This document shows positions 54,151 through 64,000 of a DNA stretch of 64,000 nucleotides, piece by piece; the first letter of the stretch is position 1; every line of letters begins with the position of its first letter. A model generated the notes under the pieces. That model was not told the DNA's origin. It ran no database searches and saw only the letters and a program-made list of their open reading frames with translations. The DNA is from Octopus sinensis (taxonomy: Eukaryota): NCBI RefSeq assembly GCF_006345805.1, contig NC_042997.1:80042001-80106000 (forward strand), in the 5' to 3' direction. The position numbers and the translations under genes were made by a program.

Positions 54151-57100
54151 TCTCATTCAAATATACATGTGCGTGTACATATGCAGAGTTACTATTTCAA
54201 TATACTTCAGGTCCTCTTTTAAGTTTTTCACTGGAAACCTTTGATATTTTTTTAATATTTACCTTGGATTGTTTTTTGTTTAATTTTTGTTTTTTCATGA
54301 ACACACATCTTTCTAATTCAATCTATGATTATATCCATATATTGAATTACATGTAATCAGAATTGCTAGTTTCGCATTCAATTTTTTTTTTTTCTAAAAT
54401 ATATCCAATCTAGAAAGATATTTTGTTTTTTTAAGTAAATATATCTTTTGAAACAAATTTTTGGGGAAATATACTCCTGGGCTGTCATATATTTGAATGT
54501 ATGTGAACATTATATATATCATGAAAATCTACAAATCTCTAAATTAAGGTGTCTTTATACACCTGTGATGTCTTGAAAATATTAGCCAGTGAAATCTGTG
54601 ACACTTATGAAAGCATTTGTTATAGAATTTCAAAAGCACCACAAATTTTTCTGGATAATATAACTGTCATTAGTTTACTTGTATTGTTGGGACTTAAATA
54701 TTCATAGTAGATACAAATTCTTATACAGTTTTTCAGTTATGTTTCCAATGATCGAATTACATATGAATGCATTATGATAGTGGTTTGCTTTTTAAGCTTG
54801 AAATAGAAATATAGATAAGCCAGTCAGTTATGTGAAAATTACATCATAAGATATTTAATAATTTAGGAAAGAAATCCCCTGCAAAAAAAAAATTATAATT
54901 ACACTTTCTTGGGGTGGGATGATCATTATGCATTAATATAGTGTTGACTATTTTTTTCTCTTGATATATTTTGCTGGCATTGTAGACTTAATCCATGCTT
55001 GCAAAATAAACTCTTTAAATTTAGAAACTTTCTTTTGATAAATAAAAATTAGATGTATGTGTGTAAATATTTAAATAGAATGAAGACAATCAATTCATTT
55101 TTTTTTTATTTAAATTCAACAAAATCTACAAAAATGTTATAGAATAATATCCCAAACAAACAAATGGTGCCATTTCTCAATCCATGAATATTCTTCCTGC
55201 TAATACAAGTATTCAAAATACTCAAATGTTGCTAATTTCTTATGTGCTCATTTCTACATTAATAATTATGTGAACTGAAATTTTTTAAAAGTTTAATGAT
55301 GATAGGATTTTGTGACATACTGTATTTTTCTTAAATCATGCCTGTCTTAGTTACAAAAAATACTGTAGTAATTTATTGTTAACTGTTATTTAATCAACAC
55401 AAATGTAGGCTATGTATTTTGGTAGATATGCATGGCAGTCTGTAATAAATTAAGAAAAAAAAATAGTTCCTACACTATCAAAAGGTGTTGTTTTAACATG
55501 CTTTTGAAGTGGATTTTAAAAAACATAATTTACACTTTGTTAAATTTTTCCGGTTTTATCAAAAACTATCTGTACAATGAATATTCATATTTCTGTGACC
55601 AACACACATACTTTATAGTCGTTGCTGAAAGAAATGTTATGTCAGGCTAAAATTTCCTACTTTCTGTCTTGATAGTTTAGCCAGGCAATAGAATCTTCCC
55701 ATAATATTGTAAGGGAATATTGGTGCATTGTTTATCAATAATTAATTTTGGATTGTTTTATAGTTGTGGTAAAGTGTTATTCAATCTGTATTATTACACC
55801 ATCACTAACATTGTACAAATACACTTAAGAGTTTAGCCTTTTGTCAGCCTGTAGTGAATGCTCCCTTTGTAGATTATCTGCACCTTAATTATCTATACAT
55901 ATGGTTCATAATTATACTTTGTTTCCTCTGTATCATTATTGTTAAATAGATTTTTGAAAGTAATTATTTACTATTTTACCTGTATTGATTGTGTACAGCT
56001 AATGCTCTAATTAATTAAATGAAGAGAGGTATAAACAAAATATTCTCAATGTCCTCAGATAGCTAAATTAATATTTACTTTATTCAATATCCCTAATAAC
56101 TTACAAGATTTTTTTTTTGTATAAGGATAGTTAAGAAAATATTTGAAATCAACATTATATAAATGATATAAGGAAGCATGAAAGTAATTTGTAATCATAA
56201 TTTTTACTCATGACACATGCATAAGTATTCAGCAACAAAGTTTACTTCTAACTGGCTGTAGGGTTACATACTCTATGTTGTTGATCAATTTTACTGCATC
56301 ACAGTATATTACTATAACACCAGTAATATAAATACCCTATGAGGTACTATAGACAAAACTTAAGTAATTTTTGTTTATATCTATGCATAAAAATTTAACT
56401 TGAAAATTAAATCATGTCATCCTTCAAATATTCCACACCACATTTCATTAAAATTTTGATTGGAAATAACCTAGTGGTTCTAATATATATTTTTCCAAAT
56501 TTAAAAAAAAATCTATAATATATTTTTTTCTTTTTAATTACAATATTTTATTATTCTTTCTTATATATCAGATAAACCTTTCTGAGAAACAGAGTGAAAC
56601 TCAGTTGATAAATGAACCATGTGCAAATGATTTTAGAATCATTGTGTTTATGGATAGGTAATCAAATTTCAGCTTGTGTAAGTTAACTACTTGGTGAAGA
56701 AAGATTAAGATATATCATAGAAACAATCAATTTGATTGTAAAATGTTGCTAAAAATTAAAATATTACAGTTTCAAATTATCAGTTATCTAATCAAGAACA
56801 TTTCATTTACAGTTTTTTTTATTTTGGAATTGTTATTTGGTTTGTTGTTTATTGAATTAACTTATGTTTGAATATTTTATTAAAAAATTGGTTGGTTTGG
56901 TTGAATGTTCTATAAATGCTGATTTTGAAGAAAATTTCTGGTAAATACTACCATAGAAAAAAGGAGTCTTCAAAAGAAGTCAGTTTTACTGTGTTATATT
57001 TTCTTAATAAAATATAATTTGCATGTTCATTGATTCTTGTCAATTTTTTAAATGTATATTGTTAGCCTTTATTTAATTTTTTTTATTACCCAAAGAGAAA

Positions 57101-57160
57101 ACTCAGAGGAATGAAATCTAAAATGAAATGTAAATTCAAATTATTTCAGTGGTAACTGAA

Positions 57161-57284
57161 TTAAACTAAATATGGAGAATCTATTGCAGCAAAACCAGCA
57201 GAAATACCTCCTTCATCTACACCTTGAACTTTAGTTCTCATTAAATGCCCAACTTGTTCATTCATGTGAATCTTGTGTTCATCT
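57161..57284 (-). CDS. GSS: GSS last coding exon: (G)DEHKIHMNEQVGHLMRTKVQGVDEGGISAGFAAIDSPYLV*
   Basis: Minus-strand ttttttcag acceptor; GHL.RTK and EGG..AG...DSP motifs; TAA stop at 57163-57161. Confidence 0.96.
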
Positions 57285-60200
57285 CTGAAAAAAAAAACAT
57301 TCTTTCAAGTGTATTGTAGGAGTGAATTTTTTAAAAATACAATATGGCATATATTCAATTTCTTTTCATTTTTGAACATAGAACAACTCATATCTAATTA
57401 GCATTCATTTATACACTTATAATGCTCCTTTAAATATGGGTTGCAGATTTTGGCACAAGGCCAGCAATTTCAGAGGAGGGTGTAAGTCGATTACATTGAC
57501 CCCTCCCCAGTGCTTATTTTATCAATCCCAAAAGGATGAAAGGTAAAATTGACATTGGCAGAATTTGAACTCAGAACGTAAAGACAGACGAAATGCCTCT
57601 AAGCATTTGGCCTGGCACAGTAATGATTCTGCCAGCTTGCTGCTTTAATGCTCCCTATAAATATGATTCATGCTTATACATTCAGATTTCCAATTCTGCC
57701 AGAAAATGAAAGTCATCTGCTAGACTGTCCCAACAGTGACCACACAATTGAAAGAGGTCTGACTTCAAGTACATCAGAACTTGCATTGCTATCAATAAGA
57801 GAAACTTCTTTACATGCAGCAGACTAATTAGGAGTACCAGTAATAAACTACAAAATATCTGGCAATGAAAAATCTCAAAGTAAGCAATGCATGTCGTTTT
57901 CAGAGTATGTGCAGAGAGCATTTTTTTCTTTCTATGGAGCCAAAGCCTGGACAATGAAGAAAGAGCTGAGACGGTGGTTTTGATTGGGTATACATCAAGC
58001 TTCACATAGTGTCAGCTCAATAACAAAGAAATTAATGGACATGTTCCACCTTTCTCTGCTATTACTGCTCAAAGCAGGGTAGGCTTTGCTGGCCATTGCT
58101 ATCATGCAACAGGACATGCCAGATGTTGCATTTTGTAGACTTCCATATTCTAATAGAGGAAGAAGACCACTCACTTACATCAATGTTTTGGGCAGACACA
58201 CAAGATATTGAGAACCTACCAAAGCTACAAACTTTGAATTAACCTATCTTTTCATAAAGACAAAATTACATAAGGCTTAATGCTTTAATCCCATTCACCT
58301 TTCATAAAATACAATTGAATCTCTCAATACTTACCCAACAATGATTCCATAAATTCCAAGTTCACTAACAGTATCAACAATATCAGTTGATTTCTCAAAT
58401 AGTAATATGTTTTTCTGTGTGAAAGGAAAGATTCTCTCCATTAAAATATAAGCTGTTCTCTCAGTAGAGTTCTTAATTTTAGACAGATATTCCTTGATCT
58501 CATGACCATAGATGTTATTACCTAAAAGAAAATAAATTAAATGGATATTCTCAGTACAAACATTATTTTGAAATATTTAGAATTTGTGAAGCAAAAATTG
58601 ATTAAAATTCTTCCTTCAACACAATTAGTTACAAAGAAAACAAACTACAAAATGAAGGAGATCAAGTAAAAAAAAATACATTTGACTATATAACCACAGC
58701 AGACACTCAAGTTTTTTCTTTAACCAAGTGGTTCTGAATTCAGTCCTTTGAGAGTAATTTTCAACCATAGTCTTGAGTTGACCAATTCCTTGTGGTTGGA
58801 AACCTATTACACTGGTATATATTTGTATGCATATTTCACTTATTTATATTAGCAAGAAAACAAAACTGCTTTACGAATGAATTGCTTATATCAAGTTGAG
58901 TAATCCCCTGTCACTCGATATGGACCAGTGATTGACCTGTTGGAAACCTAATTGTAATGCAAAAATAAATATAAGACACAAATCACATGGTTTGTCCCAG
59001 ATAAAGCTAACCATTTACAAAATGAATAAAAATTAGGTCAGAAAAATATCCATATCTTATGATCATCTGTTGACTACATTTTTCATATGTTACATATCTC
59101 TTTGTGTGACATTGTTACTTATATCTTTCAACACTAATAAAAGCAGAGATTATTGCTTCTCACAACTATACTAAACTAGAAATTATTAAAAAAAATATAT
59201 ATATAATGAGGCACTCCAGATACTAAGTTGGTGCACTACTGACTGCATGGTTGAAGATTAACTTCTATTGTGTTGTGTCCCTCAGTTTGATCCAGTTTGT
59301 TGGACTGATAAAAACAGATTCCACTCCTTACTTCACACTTAAAATGGTATCAAGCTGTGAGACCTCTAGTGTTGAATCATTTCTGATGCCAAATAATACA
59401 TGACAGCACATAATGCCTTTGTGTCTGTGTTTCTTCAGGATATCCTGTTTTGACTTAGTTTCACTAATATCAGCACAGATTTATTGGCCTCCATACAAAA
59501 GCACATACATGATACACAATACAAACCAATTAAAAATAGCAGTCAAGTTTCCTTAAACCAAATCCTACTTTAAAACAATATTTAAGTCTACACTGGACAA
59601 TATAGCATTAAATACATGATAATTAAAAGCAAAGAGATAGGATGGAAGGCTTTTAATAAGTTTTACCCTATCAGAAACAGCATGACTATATTACACTGAT
59701 AAGTCATTCCTCTACATTGAATTTCCTAAAGATCACATGTCAAAGTCTAAATTTCTTTCAGTTTTTTTTTTTTCATTAGAAATACAGCATCCATTGCACT
59801 GAATCTTTAATCCAAACCTATCAGCCTTTGTACCCAGACAAACTCTGTAAGATACATTCACAAATTACTCTATCAGTTTGAGGCCTCTGCAATTACTTCT
59901 CTCCCAAGCTAGTTCACTACACTTACAGTAGTTGCCCATTATACTGTTCACTGCTAAGGATATATGCAACATATAATCTATATAGTTAAGTTAGTGTTAT
60001 ATTTAATGTAGAATCATTAAAAAGCAAACTAGAAACATATAATGAAGAAAAAACTATTATTCATTGACTGATATTGTTTTAATTCTCTCAACAAGTATAG
60101 AAAATAAAGAGATAATCTGGCATGACCATCCTCAATGAAGCCAAGCTTTCACTGGTATTGTTAAAGTAGTTGTGTGAGAATCAATAAATCAATGTAAAAG

Positions 60201-62831
60201 AATGCACATTATAGGGCATAAAACCCTAGAAAAGTTTAGAGAATAAATTTCAGACTCAACCTTCATTATCATTTTTACATTTGTTTTTTCATACCTGCAG
60301 GCAAACATTTCTGCAAGCCTTCTCTCCAGATGTTGAATGCTGTCTCCCAGCTCTCTACTCTCTCTTCCTACCCAGTCCACAACCTTAGGATAGTCATGGT
60401 CAGTGTAGACACAATGAAAGTGAGGTCAGGGGAAACTATTGAAATGCTAAAACAGAGGTATGGAGATTTGTGTTGCATACAAGAGGTACAATGGAGGGGA
60501 GTCTCTGCCAGTCTCCTCAAGTGCAGAGAAAATAGGTATAAAATCATCTGGGAAGGCAACAGTAATAATGTGAAAGGTATACATGTAGCAGAGAGATGGG
60601 TGGATAAAGTGATTGAGGTAGTCAGCAAATAGCTTAGTCTCAGAAAATACAACAGAAGATTTACTCTGTCTATGCTCCTCAATGAGGACTACCTGATGAA
60701 TGAAAGAATTAGACATGTTGAGAGGCATCCTGGTGGATGCTATGGACTGCATGGAGGTTATGGATTTGGTTTGCGAAATGAGGAGGGAACAAAGTGCTTG
60801 GAGTTCTATGATGTAAATGACCTAATGGTCTACTACACTAACTTCAAGAAATGAGCCAGTCACTTAATCATTTATCAATCTGATGGTTACACAAGCTAGA
60901 ATGACAACACTCTCACCAGAAAGTGGGATAGAGAGATGGTTGTAAATGTAAAGTCCTTTTCTTAAAGTTTAAAGGCCATGAAACAGTCAGATACAGAGAA
61001 CTTCTAATTGAAGTGTTTGACTAGGAGGAGACAGACATTTAAAATAGAGAACAATCGGAAGTTCTTACAGGACAACCCAATGTGGTCTACAGACTAAATT
61101 TGTGGTTTGTGTAATGTTCCAGAGTGACATGCTGTTGGAACAGTGCAGTGGACAGAGCCCTAAAAGCAAAGAGACAGAATTGGAAGAATGAGAGTAGCTG
61201 AGAATTATATCATGCAGCTAAATAACAAGTATATTTAGCAAGGGGAAAAGCAGAAAGGAAGAGGTTTGCTAATGATTTGCAGTGAGTTGTTCTGAATAGC
61301 AAAGAGAAAAATTGATACATGACAGAGAAGTATGTATGGATGGACAATGGTACATTTGCACTTTGTAATTCTGAAAAGAAAGACAAAAAAGTGCTACTAT
61401 TAAAGTATTCTAAACATGGAAAATGCTTGGGAGAAAGAGAGCCTTGCAAATATGAACCCAACAAAGGGACTAGCCAGCAGTATGATAGATAAAGCAATGA
61501 AGGATATGAAGACCAAGAAAGCTCCTGGTCCATCAGAACTGCCACTGAGATACTTAAAGTATCTGACAGAATGGAATATGGCCTAGTCACCTGGATAATT
61601 GCACAGGAAGGCATGATATCCAATGACTGGTTTATAGTCAGTTGTTACAGGTGTAAAGGAGTTGCCTTAGAGAGGAAGAGCATTCAGATGTACAACAAAT
61701 TTCAGTTGACTCAAACAAGCACGGAAAAATGGACATTAAAACAAGGATGACAATGACATGGCAACATGAATGTGTCTATAACTTAGTCTTCTATGACCTA
61801 ACCAGTTTACCACATCTGAAAAGGTGGTTTTAGTGAATTCCAGCATCAACTCATGCTGCTGCTCATCTTATATCATCTACAGATCTAAATGCTAATACAC
61901 TTGTTTCTCAAATATAGTACATCAATCAATACCTTAGCTAAACAAGTTACTGTCTCAGTTCCCATAGGCCTAATCAGTTGCTCACATCATCATTGTTTAA
62001 TGTCCCTTTTTCCATGCTGGTATGGGTACGATGGTGCAACAGGAACCAATGAGTGAGTGGACTGCACTGAGTGTCAACGACTGCTTTAGCATGGTTTCTG
62101 CAGCTGGATGCCCTTCCAAACACCAGAGTGTACTGAGGTGCTTTTTTTTTTGTGGCACCAGCACTAATGAGGTCACACAGTACTTGTAAAAAACAAGACC
62201 CACCTCAACTGAGTTGGGTATACTGAGGGAGATGAAAGTATGAGAAAGGGACAAGAACAGGTGTTTTGCTGAAGAGAAGAAAACTTGGCTTCCTCAAGCT
62301 GAAATGAAAGAGAGAGATAGTGCAGGCACACCCTTAATCATTTAGCATTCAAATTACTCTGCCAAATGAAATACTTATTTATTCATGTTGTTTTGAACCA
62401 ATCATGTATTGTCTCATAGCTTTGAGATTCCAACAATGCTATTGTCTATTTTTAGGATGACATTGTAGGTAGGTGTGAGAGGTTAGACCTGGACAGTTTG
62501 AACTTAAAACAAGAGGCTTATCTGGACTAGATATGGCCAGTTTAAATGCTAAAGGGTTAAGGTACAAGTGAATAGGAGAGAAAGAGTAGGGGGTAGAAGA
62601 ACAGAAAGAGTGACTGAGAGGTAGGCTTGTGAGGTGAAAAACAGTGTCACAGATGATTAAAGAAAAATAGATAGAAAATAATATTAACTATTGCAAATAC
62701 TATAAACGAAAATTATTAAATGAAATCTTGAGTTTTAGTTAATGTTTACCTCCACCTTCTCTCTGAGGCTTCAATACATAATTGGAAGGGTTTTCAAGTG
62801 CCAAACGGACAGCTTCCTCTCCTTCAGGAGT
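57161..62831 (-). CDS. GSS: Glutathione synthetase, last 3 coding exons; 5' part lies beyond the window end
   Basis: Three GT-AG exons join in frame to give VLKPQREGGGNNIYG...AYILMERI...VSELGIYG...VGHLMRTK...DEGGISAGFAAIDSPYLV*, diagnostic of eukaryotic GSS. Confidence 0.96.
57438..57646 (-). mobile_element. SINE (family of 37081), in the last GSS intron, sense to GSS
   Basis: Reverse complement has GCAAGCTGGCAGAATCATT head and GAGTTCAAATTCTGCC box; about 19-bp TSD starting CATATTTA on the minus strand. Confidence 0.88.
57690..58240 (+). mobile_element. Decayed RTE-like LINE 3' ORF end
   Basis: YGAKAWTMKKEL, TNKEINGHVPPFS, RVGFAGHCYH, RGRRPLTYI in disrupted frames. Confidence 0.65.
58335..58521 (-). 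CDS. GSS: GSS exon (187 nt, 1-2): (G)NNIYGHEIKEYLSKIKNSTERTAYILMERIFPFTQKNILLFEKSTDIVDTVSELGIYGIIV(G)
   Basis: Minus-strand ttttag acceptor, gtaagt donor; YILME and SELG motifs. Confidence 0.96.
60330..61680 (+). mobile_element. Decayed RTE LINE 5' part (AP endonuclease to start of RT)
   Basis: VDTMKVRSGETIEML..RYGDLCCIQEVQWRG, GFGLRNEEG...LEF, KAPGPS...EILK, MISNDW. Confidence 0.85.
61985..62190 (-). mobile_element. Short RTE-type 3' tail, sense to GSS
   Basis: Reverse complement GGTGCCACAAAAAAAAAGCACC...GAAGGGCATCCAGCTG...CCAGCATGGAAAA. Confidence 0.8.
62338..62556. mobile_element. piggyBac-type MITE (family of 19259)
   Basis: TTAA on both flanks; internal similarity to 19259-19478. Confidence 0.82.
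62750..62831 (-). CDS. GSS: GSS exon (82 nt, 0-1): TPEGEEAVRLALENPSNYVLKPQREGG(G)
   Basis: Minus-strand pyrimidine tract plus ttaag acceptor, gtaaac donor; LKPQREGGG motif. Confidence 0.95.
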
Positions 62832-63383
62832 CTTAAAGAAAATACAAGAGAAAAAAAAAAGAAAACAATTAAAACCATCTTTCTTCCCTCTTTTGAATAA
62901 ATGTCATAAAATGTGAAATATTTATTTCATGAGAATAAATAGATATTTTATATACACAATATATTAATGATTTCTATTGAATAGATAAATTTTAAAAGAG
63001 AAGAATGAATCATTGGAACATTCAAGCCTTTTCCAAAGACATCAGCAGCATAAAGTAAATGAAGTAAAATAGTTTCAATTAATAATTGAAACCCCAATGT
63101 AAAGTTGTCTCACCAAGCAGTTACCTCTTCATCTTCACCTATTGCAAATATCTGATGAAATAACAAGTTTAGTGTATGTGTGTGTGTGCGTGTCTGTCCC
63201 ATCACTGCTTGGCAACTGACGTGGGTATGTTTACAGCCCCAGTATGGCTGCAGTATAATGACTGAAACAAGTAAAACAAGTTGATGGGATAACCTCTAAG
63301 TTGTTAAACCTGCAAGAAATAGCAGTCAAATTTCTCTCAAAGCTCACTCTGCTATTTTAAAAAGGGGCACATTGGATTATATA

Positions 63384-64000
63384 TTAGGTTGGAAGCAAAT
63401 TTCATGCACATCTTTTTATATACGTTTATTTATTTATTGATTTATATATAAGTAAAGGCAATATCTTTTGATTGAATATTTTCATCCTTTCAGAGCATAA
63501 GTTCCAAAAATGGCCCAACAAATCTCTTTCTGTCTGTCTGTCTGTCTGTCTGTGTCTCTCTCATGAACAGCAATGTATTTTGTCACTGTATGATTACAAG
63601 TCCGGCCTAAATGCTGGCCAATCACAATGTCATATCAACAAAGCATTTGGGGAATACACAATTGGTCATCACCAAGCCTATGATTGGTTTAAGAAGTTTC
63701 AGTGTGACCAATTCAATCTTCAAGACCAGCCAAGAAGTGGTCATTCCACACTTATTGACAATAACCATTCATATGCTTGTGTCAAAGCTGATCCACATCT
63801 GACATCATATGAGCTGGCTGATAAGTTTAGCAACAGCCATACAGCCATTCTGCATCACTTGCAGGAAATGAGCAAAGTCAGCAAACTGGATGTATGGGTC
63901 CCATGTAAACTGACCAACTTCAACTGTCAATGCTGCATAGACACCTGCATGACACTACTGCCCAAGAAGCATCATTTTGATTGGCAGAACAAAGTGGTTA
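63384..64000 (+). mobile_element. Mariner transposon, 5' part (runs off the window)
   Basis: TA|TTAGGTTGG TIR; from about 63589 an uninterrupted frame YDYKSG...YDWFKKF....LQDQPRSG...ELADKF...KVSKLDVWVP; frameshift just after the start. Confidence 0.88.

Overview
AT-rich, microsatellite-dense animal genomic DNA with one 100-N scaffold gap. The repeat families and gene content suggest an octopus or other coleoid cephalopod (inference). Two convergent intron-rich genes are present, mostly missed by the ORF track because the exons are tiny. (1) On + are the last 20 coding exons (8726-47702, 532 aa, all GT-AG, phases join in frame) of a voltage-gated calcium channel alpha-2/delta subunit (CACNA2D family), ending in a GPI-type C-terminal signal. 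(2) On - are the last 3 coding exons (62831-57161) of glutathione synthetase (GSS). Introns hold RTE and CR1-like LINE fragments, several tRNA-type SINE families, a Penelope-like GIY-YIG fragment, a full-length dead mariner, a second mariner, a decayed hAT, a non-autonomous Helitron, and piggyBac, hAT and Tc1/mariner MITEs. Most notable: a type I hammerhead ribozyme motif beside the Penelope fragment; loss of a conserved alpha2-delta cysteine pair, with one site an A-to-I-editable TAC codon; several long intronic fold-back elements; two SINEs inserted sequentially at one ATATT target; a strong sense-orientation bias of RTE tails and one SINE family; and a duplicated GDSL/SGNH-like coding remnant. 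All exon calls, alignments and family assignments were made by eye without database searches; TE boundaries are approximate unless TIRs or TSDs are quoted.
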